A DNA stretch of 64,000 bases from Clostridiales bacterium (GTDB lineage: Bacteria > Bacillota > Clostridia > Saccharofermentanales > DTU023): assembly GCA_004556925.1 (NCBI GenBank), contig SFFI01000004.1:9298-73297 (forward strand), read 5' to 3'. Made by a program: the position numbers and the translations under genes. Below are positions 42,473-53,716 of the stretch, piece after piece. Under the pieces are notes generated by a model. It was given only the letters and a program-made list of their open reading frames with translations. It had not been told where the DNA came from and did no database searches. Position 1 is the first letter of the stretch. The number at the start of each line of letters is the position of its first letter.

Positions 42473-44884
42473 TTATTGCAGTTCCTGTTTATCCAAGTGC
42501 CAAATTTCGTCTACATAATCCTGGATGGTGCGGTCAGAACTAAAGCGGCCTGAGTTGCAGATGTTGATCCAAGATTTTTGCAACCAAGTCTTTTCATCTT
42601 GGAAGGCTTCATGCGCGTCATAGCGCCGGTTGCGATAGTCCTTGAAGTCTCCTAAAACATAGTAGACATCAGCCCGTTCTGAAGGGCTACCCTTGAGCAG
42701 GGACCGATAGAGTTCGGCAAACATACCTGAGTTGCCATCATCAAAAGTCCCATCCACTAGGCTATCCACAACCGCTTTCAAGCCTTCAATATTGGCGTAC
42801 TGCCATTGAGAATTATAGTAATCTAGCGTAGCAGGGAAATCTTTCAGACGGGTTCCAAACATGAAGGCATTCTCTTCACCAACGGCCTCGGCAATTTCTA
42901 GGTTGGCCCCGTCCCAGGTTCCTAGGGTCAAGGCCCCGTTCATCATAAACTTCATATTACCTGTGCCAGAGGCTTCCTTGCCCACCGTAGAGATTTGCTC
43001 AGAAATATCGGAGGCAGGGAAAATCAGCTCCGCCTTGGAGACATTGTAGTTGGGAACAAAGTGTACCCGCATCAGCTGGTTGACCTCTGGATCTTGGTTC
43101 ACTTTTTGGGCCAGCTCATTGATGAACTTAATAATCGCCTTGGCGCGGAAATAAGAAGGGGCAGATTTTGCGCCAAAAATGTAGGCTACAGGAGTATCTA
43201 AAATCTTGTCTCCTGCCTTAATCCGGTTATAGCGGTCCAAAATTTCAAAAGCATTAAGCAGCTGGCGTTTGTATTCGTGTAAGCGTTTAACCTGGACATC
43301 AAAGAGGAACTCAGGATCAACTTGCATAGCAAAATGCTGATTGAGATAAGTCGCTAAGCGCTGCTTGTTTTGCTTTTTGATCTTCTGTAGCTGGTCTAAG
43401 ACACTGGCATCGGTTTTGTATTTCTCAAGGGTTTTCAGCTGGTCCAGATCAGTCACCCAGGCATCTGAGCCCAACAATTCCGTAAAGAGGTCAGACAAGT
43501 CTTGATTCGAGTTATAGAGCCAGCGGCGCGGCGTAACACCGTTGGTCTTATTGGTAAAACGCTTGGGCCAAAGCGCATAATAAGCGTGCAGGGTTTCATC
43601 TTTCAAAATTTGGCTGTGAAGCTTGGCCACACCATTGACCTTAAAAGCCGTGTAGACTGCCAGAGGGGCCATGTGAATGCGGTTATCATGGATTGGAGCC
43701 ATCGCCTCAATTTCGAAGGCCTGCAGGCCCATATGCCTGGCTTCCTCACGGAATTGCTGGTCGATCTGTCTGATAATTTCCAGAATACGGGGGAAGAGGA
43801 ATTGCGCGATGGAAATTTCCCATTTTTCTAAGGCCTCCGCCAAGATCGTGTGGTTGGTGTAGGCAAAGCATTGATGACAAATCTGCCAGGCCTCCTCCCA
43901 GCCTAGTCCATGCTCATCCATTAAGAGCCGCATAAGCTCAGGGATCGCAAAGACAGGGTGGGTATCGTTGAGCTGGAAGACGTGGTAGTCTGCAAACTGA
44001 GAGAAGTCATCACCATGATAGCGTTGGTATTCTTGGATAACACTTTGTAAAGAAGCCGACACAAAGAAATATTGCTGACGGACTCTCAAGACCTTGCCAT
44101 CGTAGGAAGAATCATTGGGATAGAGAACACGGTTAATATCCTGTACCCGGTTACGCTCAATGACCGCGTCATCAAAGCGTTGCGAGTTAAAAAGGTTGTA
44201 GTCAAACTCTTGTAGAGGTTCTGGTTTCCAGAGACGGAGCACATTGATATTCTTTGTGCCATAGCCCGTTATGGGTAGGTCATAAGGTACCGCATAAACC
44301 TCTAAGTCTTGGTAGGAAACAGTACAGGCCAACTCTTCTCGCCTGCTGATAAAGGGATAGTCGCGTTCCATCCAAGAGTCAGGGTATTCTTTTTGGAAAC
44401 CCTGCTCAAAATCTTGCTTGAAAAGACCATAGCGGTAAAGGATGCCATAGCCATTAACGGGATAGTCCAGGGTGGTGGAAGAGTCCAGGAAACAGGCAGC
44501 TAACCGGCCCAGCCCTCCATTACCCAGGCCAGGATCCGTTTCTTCCTCTTCAAGATCTGCTAAGTCGTAGCCCAGTTGCCTACAAACCTCTTTGGCAGCA
44601 TCATAAATGCCTAGATTCAAGAGGTTGTTGGTGAGGCTGCGTCCTACCAGAAATTCCGCAGATAGATAATGGGCCTGGCGGGTTGTGGCATAGGATTTAC
44701 GGCTCTTCTCCCAGCGCGGGGCTATAATTTCCATTACAGCCTTGGCCAAGCCAATCCAAATTTCTTGCTGGTTGGCTTCATTGAGTTCTTTACCGTATTC
44801 GGCACGGATATGGGCAATAATTGCTTCTCGTAAAAAAGCTACCTGCTCATCCTTCGTTTTGAGGTTATGGGGATCTCTAGACAT
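42473..44884 (-). CDS. glgP: glycogen/maltodextrin phosphorylase
   Basis: 803 aa with the PLP-lysine motif EASGTGNMKFMMNGALTLGTWDGANLEI. Confidence 0.95.
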   Translation of the reverse strand: MSRDPHNLKTKDEQVAFLREAIIAHIRAEYGKELNEANQQEIWIGLAKAVMEIIAPRWEKSRKSYATTRQAHYLSAEFLVGRSLTNNLLNLGIYDAAKEVCRQLGYDLADLEEEETDPGLGNGGLGRLAACFLDSSTTLDYPVNGYGILYRYGLFKQDFEQGFQKEYPDSWMERDYPFISRREELACTVSYQDLEVYAVPYDLPITGYGTKNINVLRLWKPEPLQEFDYNLFNSQRFDDAVIERNRVQDINRVLYPNDSSYDGKVLRVRQQYFFVSASLQSVIQEYQRYHGDDFSQFADYHVFQLNDTHPVFAIPELMRLLMDEHGLGWEEAWQICHQCFAYTNHTILAEALEKWEISIAQFLFPRILEIIRQIDQQFREEARHMGLQAFEIEAMAPIHDNRIHMAPLAVYTAFKVNGVAKLHSQILKDETLHAYYALWPKRFTNKTNGVTPRRWLYNSNQDLSDLFTELLGSDAWVTDLDQLKTLEKYKTDASVLDQLQKIKKQNKQRLATYLNQHFAMQVDPEFLFDVQVKRLHEYKRQLLNAFEILDRYNRIKAGDKILDTPVAYIFGAKSAPSYFRAKAIIKFINELAQKVNQDPEVNQLMRVHFVPNYNVSKAELIFPASDISEQISTVGKEASGTGNMKFMMNGALTLGTWDGANLEIAEAVGEENAFMFGTRLKDFPATLDYYNSQWQYANIEGLKAVVDSLVDGTFDDGNSGMFAELYRSLLKGSPSERADVYYVLGDFKDYRNRRYDAHEAFQDEKTWLQKSWINICNSGRFSSDRTIQDYVDEIWHLDKQELQ

Positions 44885-45050
44885 ACTCTGTGCTCCTTTG
44901 TGTAAATAGCAGAAATATTATAGCTAAGCGTATGAGTAAGGGTCAAACGAGACGATCGGACGACAATTGTAGGCGCTTGCAGGTGTTTGTCGCAGGAAAA
45001 TACCCACTCCCAGGCCACTTTAGGGCATGCTAGGGCAAAGGAGCAAGTCC

Positions 45051-45536
45051 ATGTCTTTTAAGATTCTCAACTTATGTAGTCTGATCCTCCTACTTAATCT
45101 GGCCCGCGAAGATCTTCGCAGCCGACAAGTGGGCCTCTATAAAATTCTGCTTTTAAGTATTATTTCTTGGTTACAGTGGCTGAGCCAAGCAGGTAGAAGC
45201 CAATCCTTTGGCCTAGCGATGGCTTCCAGCCTGGTCTTTTGTCTTTTGCTTGTCCTGGTAGAGGTCTTGGAAAAAGCCCAAGGGCGCTTTTATTTAGGCC
45301 CAGCTGACCTCCTGGTGCTTGCAGCCCTTGCGCCTCAGGCGGGCTTGTGGTCCTGTTTGGTCCTCGCGGCCCTGGCTTCTGTTTTTTGTCTTATCAGCAT
45401 GGGCCTCTTAGCTCTGGCCACTCACTATTACCCCTGCCAAAAAACTAAGCCCGCAAAAAAGGGGCAAGACGGTCTGGCCTTGCCCCTACTACCCTTCTAT
45501 TGTCTCGCTTGGCTACTCTTACCCTTGATCACTTAG
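45051..45536 (+). CDS. A24-family (prepilin-peptidase-like) membrane protein, putative
   Basis: AAAGGAG lies 7 nt upstream of ATG 45051. Five hydrophobic segments. REDLRSRQV and LGPADLLVL resemble the two Asp-containing motifs of A24 aspartic peptidases. Confidence 0.5.
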   Translation: MSFKILNLCSLILLLNLAREDLRSRQVGLYKILLLSIISWLQWLSQAGRSQSFGLAMASSLVFCLLLVLVEVLEKAQGRFYLGPADLLVLAALAPQAGLWSCLVLAALASVFCLISMGLLALATHYYPCQKTKPAKKGQDGLALPLLPFYCLAWLLLPLIT

Positions 45537-46735
45537 CCTTCTTGGTCGTCTGTTGGTTCTTGGTCACCAAACTCTGGTGCTTCCTGACCTGCGTCGGCAT
45601 ACCATTGGGCTGAGTAATACGCTATATTTGCCTCATGCTCCTCCAGGCTGGTCGCAAAGACGTTGTCGCCCTCGCCCGTTGCGCAGAAATACAGGTAGCT
45701 GTCTGCTCCTGGCCAGGAGTCATTGTTAGCCGGCCAGAGTACCCCCTCTATGGCCAAGGTTCCGGGATTATTAATTGGGCCTGGGGGCAAGCCAGCAAAA
45801 CTATATGTATTATATGCGTTATTCCTATATTTCACGAGGTCGGAACTTAAAGCCCAGGGAATGGGATCTAAGCCTTCCTCGCCCCGGAGGTAGTTAATGG
45901 TCGCACAGGATTCCATGGGCATTTGCTGGGCATAACGGTTGAGGAAGACCTTACCAATCTTGGACATTTCTTCAATATTACCTTCCTTTTGGACGATCGA
46001 GGCCAAATTCATGACTTCATCTAGGGTCATCCCCATGCTGGCAGCCTTTTCCTCATATTTGCCTGCCTTCAGTTTTTGCTCCGTATTATCCAAGAACAAA
46101 CGCAATATTGAAAGCTCATCCAAGTTGGGGTCAAGCCAATAGGTATCAGGCCAGAGATAACCTTGCAAGATCCATTCCCGGTTAGAAGAGGCGGAGAGCT
46201 TGCGTACAAAGTCGTAATCCAAAAACTCATTGGGATTGCGAACCAGGCTATCCATGCGCTGGACATCTATGTTAAGGCCCGAGTCCACCATCTTTTTGCG
46301 CATTTCCAGATAGGTCTCCCCTTCTACGAAGGTAATCTTCAAGGGCTTGGGTTGTCGGGTTAGGGCAAACATAATGGCATCATAGGACATATCAGGCAGG
46401 AGATAGTGGGTCCCCGCCTGATAGCTACCGTTATAGCCATTAAACTTTGACATGAGTTTAAAAACCATGGGATTAGAGATAAAGCCTGCCTCTTCCAAGA
46501 TGCCGGTAATATCATCTATATCAGAAGACCGAGGGATAAAAATGGGTATAGCCCCCGGCGTATCTTCCGTCACCAAGTTGCCGTCATTAGCTTCTGCCTC
46601 AGCAGACATCCTCCGGTAATCCTCGTCTTGCGAGCGGACATAGTTGTAGCCAAATAAAAAGCTAGCAAAAAGCACGGCAACAAGGCCTGCAATAATCAGG
46701 AGTAGAATTAAGGTTTTACTTATCTTACTTGCCAC
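45533..46735 (-). CDS. mltG: endolytic murein transglycosylase MltG (YceG-like)
   Basis: 400 aa with an N-terminal TM anchor and a YceG-like core (LASIVQKEG, VFLNRY, TYNTYSFAGLPPGPINNPG). Confidence 0.9.
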   Translation of the reverse strand: MASKISKTLILLLIIAGLVAVLFASFLFGYNYVRSQDEDYRRMSAEAEANDGNLVTEDTPGAIPIFIPRSSDIDDITGILEEAGFISNPMVFKLMSKFNGYNGSYQAGTHYLLPDMSYDAIMFALTRQPKPLKITFVEGETYLEMRKKMVDSGLNIDVQRMDSLVRNPNEFLDYDFVRKLSASSNREWILQGYLWPDTYWLDPNLDELSILRLFLDNTEQKLKAGKYEEKAASMGMTLDEVMNLASIVQKEGNIEEMSKIGKVFLNRYAQQMPMESCATINYLRGEEGLDPIPWALSSDLVKYRNNAYNTYSFAGLPPGPINNPGTLAIEGVLWPANNDSWPGADSYLYFCATGEGDNVFATSLEEHEANIAYYSAQWYADAGQEAPEFGDQEPTDDQEG

Positions 46736-46829
46736 AATAAACTCCTTCTCTGAGTGCTTGTGCTTTTAGCTGCATTATACAAGGCAGGGCCCAGTCTGTC
46801 CTCACTTTGCTCAAGGAAAAGCAGCTTCC

Positions 46830-48668
46830 CTATTTTTTAGAGCTGTCTTTTAGCCTCTGCTTGGTATCGAGGATTTTCTTACGGAGGCGGAGATTGCTGG
46901 GTGTAAGCTCAATCATTTCCTCGTCCGAAATAAACTCCATGCTCTGTTCCAAGCTCATTTCTAGCGGGGGTGAAAGGCGTAAGGCTTCGTCCGATCCCGC
47001 AGCCCGCATGTTGGTTAACTGCTTCTTCTTGCAGACATTAACCTGGACATCCTCAGTCTGCATGGTCGTACCGATAATCATCCCTTCGTAGACTTGGGTA
47101 CCCGGGCCAATGAAGAGCTCGCCACGGTCTTGGGCATTATGGAGACCATACTGGGTCGCCTCACCATCTTCAAAAGCCACAATCACACCATGGTTGCGGC
47201 CCACACTCTCTCCTTTGACGGGAATATAGCCATCCAGAATAGAGGACATAAGCCCATTGCCCCGTGTGTCGTTCATGAATTGAGACCGGTAGCCAATCAA
47301 TTGGCGGGAGGGGATGCGGAACTCCAAGCGAACCGAAGACTTAAAGGGCGGGTGCATGGCCAGCATTTCTGCCTTGCGGCGGCCCAGCCCCTCAATAACA
47401 GCACCGGCGTATTCTTCGGCCACAGATACACTCAGTATTTCCTGGGGTTCCATCAAGACCCCGTCTATCTCCTTCTGCAAGATGTAGGGGCGGGAGACCT
47501 GAAATTCATAGCCCTCACGCCGCATATTTTCGATCAAGATGGAAATGTGCAGCTCTCCCCTGCCCTTCACAATGAAGCTGTCTTCGCGGTCGGTATATTC
47601 CAGCCGCATGGCCACATTACGTAGCATTTCCTTTTCCAGGCGGTCCCGGATATGACGGGAGGTGACATAGGTGCCTTCGCGTCCGGCAAAAGGACTGTCG
47701 TTAACTTGAAAGACCATGGCAATAGTAGGTTCTTCAATCTCTACAAAATCCAGGGCTTCCAAATGGTCTGGCTGGCAGATGGTGTCCCCAATCTGGACTT
47801 CTTCAATACCGCCTAAACAAACAATCTCTCCACTGCCGGCCGCATCTACCGGTTGCCGGCCTAGGCCTTGGAAGATAAAAACTTTAGTGATCTTTTCCGT
47901 GTGGACCTTACCGTCAGCTGAAGAGATCAAACTCACTTGATCCCCTGTCTTAAGGGTTCCTCTTTGAATGCGGCCAGTAGCCAATCTGCCTAGATAATTG
48001 TCATAGTCAATGTTGGATACCAGCATCTGCAGGGGAGCGGTGTCGTCGCCTTTGGCATCTGGTATCGTCTCAACAATAGTATCCAAGATGGGGCGCATGT
48101 CAGCTTCTTTCAGAGTCTTTTCATCTAGCTGGTCTGGCAGTTCTCTAAAGGAGGCAGCTTTTTTGGCCGAGGCATAAAGAATAGGGAATTCAATTTGTTC
48201 GTCCGTAGCCCCCAAGTCCATAAAAAGTTCCAGGACCATATCCGCTACTTCACTGGGTCTGGCATCAGGCCTGTCAATCTTGTTGATAATAACAATCGTT
48301 TTGAGGTTCATGGCCAAAGCCTTGGCCAAGACAAAGCGCGTCTGAGGCATTGGCCCATCGAATGCATCCACCAAAAGAAGCACGCCATCCACCATTTTGA
48401 GGACTCTTTCAACCTCACCAGAAAAGTCCGCGTGCCCAGGGGTGTCCACAATATTAATGCGGGTATCTCCGTAATGTATAGCTGTATTCTTAGCTAAAAT
48501 CGTGATGCCCCTCTCCCGCTCGATCGCGTCAGAGTCCATCACTTGGTCGGGTAAGACTTCATCAGCCCGAAAGAGGCCGGAAGATTTAAGCAAGCCGTCT
48601 ACCAGGGTCGTCTTCCCGTGGTCGACGTGTGCAACAATCGCAATATTACGTAATTTCTGAGTGTTCAT
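46830..48668 (-). CDS. typA: translational GTPase TypA/BipA
   Basis: 612 aa with [25 protein letters not shown] and NKIDR. Confidence 0.95.
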   Translation of the reverse strand: MNTQKLRNIAIVAHVDHGKTTLVDGLLKSSGLFRADEVLPDQVMDSDAIERERGITILAKNTAIHYGDTRINIVDTPGHADFSGEVERVLKMVDGVLLLVDAFDGPMPQTRFVLAKALAMNLKTIVIINKIDRPDARPSEVADMVLELFMDLGATDEQIEFPILYASAKKAASFRELPDQLDEKTLKEADMRPILDTIVETIPDAKGDDTAPLQMLVSNIDYDNYLGRLATGRIQRGTLKTGDQVSLISSADGKVHTEKITKVFIFQGLGRQPVDAAGSGEIVCLGGIEEVQIGDTICQPDHLEALDFVEIEEPTIAMVFQVNDSPFAGREGTYVTSRHIRDRLEKEMLRNVAMRLEYTDREDSFIVKGRGELHISILIENMRREGYEFQVSRPYILQKEIDGVLMEPQEILSVSVAEEYAGAVIEGLGRRKAEMLAMHPPFKSSVRLEFRIPSRQLIGYRSQFMNDTRGNGLMSSILDGYIPVKGESVGRNHGVIVAFEDGEATQYGLHNAQDRGELFIGPGTQVYEGMIIGTTMQTEDVQVNVCKKKQLTNMRAAGSDEALRLSPPLEMSLEQSMEFISDEEMIELTPSNLRLRKKILDTKQRLKDSSKK

Positions 48669-48673
48669 CTTGA

Positions 48674-50044
48674 TTAATCCTGTTCTCTATCTCTACTCTT
48701 TTTGCCATCTACTTTGAGGTAATCCTCACGCTTGCGTTCCCGCCAACTGATAAAGATGGGGGAGCCCCGGAAGCCAAAAGCCTCGCGCAGACGATTTTCC
48801 AAATAGCGTTCGTAGGAAAAATGCATTAGTTTTTTATCATTAATAAAGAAAATAAAATGAGGAGGCCGGGCCGAGACCTGGCTACCGTAAAAAATCTTCA
48901 AGGCTCTCCCCTTGTCACTTGGCGGCCGGTGCATGGCTAGGGCTTCTGCCAGTACCTCGTTGACCACCGCTGTAGACAGACGCTTGGAGGCTTCCTCATA
49001 AATTTCCACGATCTCCTGGTAAAGGCTGTCTACCCTTTGGCCGGTCACAGCGGAAATAGCCGTCATTTCCGCATAAGGCATAAAAGCAAAGCGCTGCTTA
49101 ATCTTATCCTGCCAAGTCTGGAAAGCTTGATCTTTCTGATCTAAAAGGTCCCACTTGTTGACTACAAAAAGCGAGGCCTTACCTGCGTTATGGGCTAAAC
49201 CAGCAACTTTTGTATCCTGTTCAGAAATTTCCTCAGTTGCGTCCAGAAGGATGAGACAGACATCTGCCCGTTCAACCGCAGCTTGGGTCCGCATGGTACT
49301 GTATTTTTCCACGGCTTCTTTGACCTTGGCCTTACGTCTAAGACCGGCCGTATCAATAAAGCGGAAGGATCCATAGGCATTGTCAATATTGACATCGAGC
49401 GAATCACGTGTGGTGCCGGGTATGTTAGACACAATGGCCCTGTCTTCCGCCAGGAGCTTATTCAAGAGGGAGGATTTCCCCACGTTGGGCTTGCCAATGA
49501 TGGCTACAGAGATGCGATGCTGGTCTTGCTCCGAGGAAGGGGTTTCTGGCACTTGGTCCAAGAGGGCGGAAACCATATCTCCAAGGCCCAGTTTATGTAA
49601 GGCTGAAACACAGAGGGGCTCACCCAAGCCTAACTCGAAGAATTCATAGGCCTCAGGAGGCATCAAGCCTACTTGGTCTGCCTTGTTAAGTGCCAAAACG
49701 ATAGGCTTGTCGGACTTACGCAGGAGAGAGGCTATCTCCCGGTCTTGATTGGTCAAGCCATCTCGTAAATCACAAAGAAAGAGGATGGCATCAGCAGACT
49801 CTAGCGCAAAGCCAACCTGGCGAGCCATTTGCTGCAAGATGGGGTCTTCGGAGCCTGGTTCAAGTCCGCCTGTATCAATCAAGACGAACCCCCGTCCGAA
49901 CCACTCCGGTTCCGCATAGATACGGTCACGGGTAACACCGGGACTGTCATGCACAATGGAAATACGCTCCCCTGCCAGGGCATTAAAAATACTAGATTTT
50001 CCTACATTGGGTCGACCCACGATGGCGATTACGGGTTTGGACAT
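48674..50044 (-). CDS. der: ribosome-biogenesis GTPase Der (EngA)
   Basis: 456 aa with two G domains (GRPNVGKSSIFN and GKPNVGKSSLLN) and a KH-like C-terminus. Confidence 0.95.
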   Translation of the reverse strand: MSKPVIAIVGRPNVGKSSIFNALAGERISIVHDSPGVTRDRIYAEPEWFGRGFVLIDTGGLEPGSEDPILQQMARQVGFALESADAILFLCDLRDGLTNQDREIASLLRKSDKPIVLALNKADQVGLMPPEAYEFFELGLGEPLCVSALHKLGLGDMVSALLDQVPETPSSEQDQHRISVAIIGKPNVGKSSLLNKLLAEDRAIVSNIPGTTRDSLDVNIDNAYGSFRFIDTAGLRRKAKVKEAVEKYSTMRTQAAVERADVCLILLDATEEISEQDTKVAGLAHNAGKASLFVVNKWDLLDQKDQAFQTWQDKIKQRFAFMPYAEMTAISAVTGQRVDSLYQEIVEIYEEASKRLSTAVVNEVLAEALAMHRPPSDKGRALKIFYGSQVSARPPHFIFFINDKKLMHFSYERYLENRLREAFGFRGSPIFISWRERKREDYLKVDGKKSRDREQD

Positions 50045-50120
50045 TGCTTACCTCATCACGTAAAAAAGCAGCCGGACAAGCCGCCCCGCTGCTCATGCTT
50101 CACTAAAAAGACCTGGAGGC

Positions 50121-50306
50121 CTAGGCCTCTTTGTCAATGGCTACGACTTCTCTTCCCTTGTAGTAACCACAGTTTTTGCAGACTACGTGGGGGAGCTTAA
50201 GTTCGTGGCATTGAGGGCATTCGGAAAGATTCACTTGAGTAAGTTTTTCCTGGGCGCGCGACATCCGAGATCTGCGTTTGGACCATTTTCTCTTAGGTAC
50301 TGCCAT
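50121..50306 (-). CDS. rpmF: 50S ribosomal protein L32
   Basis: 61 aa with MAVPKRKWSKRRSRMSRA and the CPQC...CKNC zinc ribbon. Confidence 0.95.
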   Translation of the reverse strand: MAVPKRKWSKRRSRMSRAQEKLTQVNLSECPQCHELKLPHVVCKNCGYYKGREVVAIDKEA

Positions 50307-50486
50307 GTTTCTGCCTCCCTTTATCTAAATATGCATATTAGCACTTTGCTAAACAGCTTCTCTCTAAAAATAGAGTTTTTCTAAAACAGCGTTAGTGATT
50401 ATCTCACGGCCATTCTAGCCTGTCAAGCCTTTTCCTAGATGAAGGTCACTTGATTATAGTAGGCAGGAGTCACTTGGCAAGAGGAC

Positions 50487-52445
50487 TTGTCATATGAGGT
50501 ATACTTTACAAACTACTGGAGAAAGGCTCAGGACCAGCTTGTGTTAAATTTAACGTATCTACACTCCCCGGAATTTAATCATAAATACTCTTACGAGGGT
50601 CCACTTGGGGCCTTTTACACCCCAGACTTGAGCCAGTTTCGCCTGTGGGCCCCGACGGCAACCCGGGTTCAGCTAAGTTTAGGGCAAGGGCAAAAATGGC
50701 TCTTAGACTTGCAGGCCAACAGTCAACAGCCTGGACTGTGGACCTTAGATCTCCAGGGTGATTTTTATTTGCAGGATTATACCTACCTCCTAACCTTCCC
50801 TGATGGAAGCGTGCAAGAATCCGCCGACCCCTATGCTGTTGCGGCCAGGGCCAATGGCAAGCCCTCCGTTCTCCTGGATCCTGAGGCCTATCATCCTGAA
50901 AACTGGGCGGACGACCCTGTGCCTCCCCCGCTTGACCAAGCGGAGATTGCCATTTATGAAATTCATATTCGTGATCTGACTATGGGGCCAAACAACGGTA
51001 TCTATCACAAGGGCAAATTTTTAGGACTCTGCGAGGCTGGCACGCGTACAGCCCAGGGCCAGCCCTCGGGGCTGGATTACCTGCGGTCTTTAGGGGTCAG
51101 CCATATCCAGCTCATGCCCTGCTTTGACTTTGCGACAGTTGATGAGGCAGGCGACCTCTCCTTTAACGCCCAATATAATTGGGGCTACGACCCCCTAAAT
51201 TACAATGTGGTGGAAGGTTCCTACTCAACCGAACCCCAGGACCCTGTCAGCCGGATTATAGAGTTTAAAACCCTGGTCAACACCCTGCACCAAGCAGGCT
51301 TCAAAGTGATCATGGATGTCGTATACAACCATGTTTATGACCTTGCGTGCTCGCCCCTAAACCAGACAGTGCCCGGCTACTACTTCCGCTTGCGGGAAGA
51401 TGGCCAGCTGTGGGACGGTACCGGCTGCGGCAACGAAACCGCCTCCGAGCAGGCCATGTTCCGCAGATATATGATTGACTCCTTGTGTTACTGGGCCCGT
51501 AGCTTTCACATTGATGGCTTCCGTTTTGACCTGATGGGGATTCATGATGTGGAAACCATGCAGGCTGTGCGCCAGGCCCTAGATAGGATTGATCCAGAGA
51601 TTATCCTCATCGGTGAAGGTTGGCAGATGGGCAACCACCCGGCTGGCATTAGGCCTTCTGACCAAAGACAAGCCCAGCAGCTACCCGGCATCCGTTTTTT
51701 CAATGACCAATTTCGTGACGCCTTGCGCGGATCTAACTTTGGTCATGATGCTCAAGGTTTTTTAAGCAGGGACACTAGCTTGGCGAAAACCCGGCAAGTC
51801 TACCATAATATCTTAGGCCAGCCTGACCATGGCTATTACAGGGACGCCAGCCAATCCGTAATCTATACAGAATGCCACGATAATGCCACCCTCTACGATA
51901 AGCTCCGCCTGTCCTTGGGTGATATGAGCGTAGATGAATCCATGAAGCGGCAGGCCATGGCCTTTTCGATCCAATGTTTGTCTTTTGGCACCTTGTTCTT
52001 CCACGCTGGTCAAGAGTTCATGCGGAGCAAGCAAGGCTTGGACAACACCTACAAGTCTCCCGATGAGATCAACGCCCTGGATTACGACCGCGTAGCCCAG
52101 TACCCTCAATTAGGCCTGCTTTTCCGCCGTCTTTTGGTCCAGCGGAAGGAAATGGGGGTCTTTTCGCTTAGCTCTTATACAGACATTAACCAAGCGGTGC
52201 AGACCTATCGTCTGGAAGAGGGCCATATTGCCTACCAAATCAACTTTGAAGGACAATTCTACCTCATTGTGCATAATGCGCTCAGCAGTGCTTGGTACCT
52301 GGACCTGCCCGCTGGCGAATGGCAGCCCCTCCTTGCCCAATGGTCCTTGCCGGAAAAACCCGAGCGAGCTTTTCCCTCGCTGAGGAAGCAGTTACAAGTA
52401 GAAGCTTTAGAAAGTATTCTACTCAAGCAAATCTCCCAATCCTAG
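50487..52445 (+). CDS. pulA: type I pullulanase (GH13)
   Basis: 652 aa with GH13 regions DVVYNH, GFRFDLMG, GEGW and YTECHDN, plus an N-terminal CBM48-like FRLWAPTATRV. The TTG start is uncertain. Confidence 0.88.
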   Translation: MSYEVYFTNYWRKAQDQLVLNLTYLHSPEFNHKYSYEGPLGAFYTPDLSQFRLWAPTATRVQLSLGQGQKWLLDLQANSQQPGLWTLDLQGDFYLQDYTYLLTFPDGSVQESADPYAVAARANGKPSVLLDPEAYHPENWADDPVPPPLDQAEIAIYEIHIRDLTMGPNNGIYHKGKFLGLCEAGTRTAQGQPSGLDYLRSLGVSHIQLMPCFDFATVDEAGDLSFNAQYNWGYDPLNYNVVEGSYSTEPQDPVSRIIEFKTLVNTLHQAGFKVIMDVVYNHVYDLACSPLNQTVPGYYFRLREDGQLWDGTGCGNETASEQAMFRRYMIDSLCYWARSFHIDGFRFDLMGIHDVETMQAVRQALDRIDPEIILIGEGWQMGNHPAGIRPSDQRQAQQLPGIRFFNDQFRDALRGSNFGHDAQGFLSRDTSLAKTRQVYHNILGQPDHGYYRDASQSVIYTECHDNATLYDKLRLSLGDMSVDESMKRQAMAFSIQCLSFGTLFFHAGQEFMRSKQGLDNTYKSPDEINALDYDRVAQYPQLGLLFRRLLVQRKEMGVFSLSSYTDINQAVQTYRLEEGHIAYQINFEGQFYLIVHNALSSAWYLDLPAGEWQPLLAQWSLPEKPERAFPSLRKQLQVEALESILLKQISQS

Positions 52446-52505
52446 CGATATGGTAGAATGAGCGGCAGGGAGATATGAAACTGCGACAAGGGAGTAAGGC
52501 CAAGC

Positions 52506-53615
52506 ATGAAAACCGTCAGTAGCCAGGCTAAGCAACGGCGTGCTCTTTGGAAGTACGTCTTCTCCTTTATAGCCCTGCTCCTCATTCTTTATGGGACTTT
52601 CAGGATCCTCCTCAAGGATACCTCCATTGAGGACATACGGGCTTCCCTCCAGGCTGCCAATCCCCGTTGGGTGGCACGCGGCTTTGCCCTGATGATCAGC
52701 TACCAATTGATCTGGGCAGAAATTATTCGGTCCCTACTTTCTCACCTCAATAGCAAACGCGCACCCTACCACATTGCTGTCAACACTGCTTTTATCGGCT
52801 TTTATTTCAACAATATCACTCCCTCGTCCTCAGGGGGACAGCCTATGCAAATGCTCTACCTGCATCGCTGCGGGATGGATCTTGCGGGTTCCAGCATCAT
52901 ATTTTGCGTCAACACGGTCTTTAACAACCTTGTCATGATTACCTATGCGACCGTACTGCTAATAAGCCAGCACGACTTTATCAGTCAAAACCTTTACGCC
53001 ATGCGCTATGCCCTAGTCGTAGGCTATTTGTTTAACGGATTCCTGCTCTTCCTTAATATCTTTTTGCTCTTCTTCCCTAAGCAACTTAAGAGCATTTCCT
53101 ATGCGGTCCTAGGCTGGATAACGAAGGGGAAACTAAAGCCCAAGGCCAAAAAATATAAACGCAATCTCGATAAGTTCCTGGGTTCTTACAGTGCGGGCGC
53201 CTTTTCCCTCCTGAAAGCACCCGGCCTCCTCATCAAGCTCTTAGTCTTACACGCCATACAATTTGCGATCTACAATCTTATTCCTTTTACAGCTGCAAGG
53301 GCCTTAGGGGCTTCCTCGGACATCTTTCTCCAGTCTTTCTCTTTACAGGCCGTGCTCACCTTAGCCGTTTCTGGTTTCCCTACCCCAGGCTCGGTTGGTA
53401 TCACAGAGGGTGGCTTTGTGGCCATGTTCTCCGGGCTTTTCCCACCTGGCCAAGTTGAATCCACCATGATTTTGACCAGGGTCATTAATTTCTATGCCTT
53501 CCTCATACTGTCCGCCCTGATCACGATTTTGGCTTTTGCGACGGCCAAGAAGGACAAGTTCCGCAGCCAAAAGCATCACCATACGGATGACAGTCAGGAT
53601 ATGGAAAACGAGTGA
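52506..53615 (+). CDS. lysylphosphatidylglycerol-synthase-TM-region (UPF0104/flippase-like) family membrane protein
   Basis: 369 aa and multi-pass. The N-terminal pattern KYVFSFIALLLILYGTFRILLKDTSIEDIRASLQAANPRW is typical of this family. Confidence 0.7.
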   Translation: MKTVSSQAKQRRALWKYVFSFIALLLILYGTFRILLKDTSIEDIRASLQAANPRWVARGFALMISYQLIWAEIIRSLLSHLNSKRAPYHIAVNTAFIGFYFNNITPSSSGGQPMQMLYLHRCGMDLAGSSIIFCVNTVFNNLVMITYATVLLISQHDFISQNLYAMRYALVVGYLFNGFLLFLNIFLLFFPKQLKSISYAVLGWITKGKLKPKAKKYKRNLDKFLGSYSAGAFSLLKAPGLLIKLLVLHAIQFAIYNLIPFTAARALGASSDIFLQSFSLQAVLTLAVSGFPTPGSVGITEGGFVAMFSGLFPPGQVESTMILTRVINFYAFLILSALITILAFATAKKDKFRSQKHHHTDDSQDMENE

Positions 53616-53656
53616 GGGCACTAGCAGGGAGAATTATCCCTTTTGGTCTTTTTATT

Positions 53657-53692
53657 AAAAAGTCCGGCTCGCCTTGTGGCAGCCGGACTTTT
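53657..53692. terminator. bidirectional intrinsic terminator
   Basis: AAAAGTCCGGCT-11 nt-AGCCGGACTTTT between convergent genes. Confidence 0.85.
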
Positions 53693-53716
53693 ACATGTGC
53701 TATAAATTCAGCAGAG

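Noticed and set aside
47094-47624. Long antisense ORFs inside typA, der, ackA, pta, glgP, htpG and ppk (for example 47094-47624 +, 49829-50200 +, 55750-56172 +)
   Set aside because: All overlap strongly supported housekeeping genes on the opposite strand and lack start-site signals.
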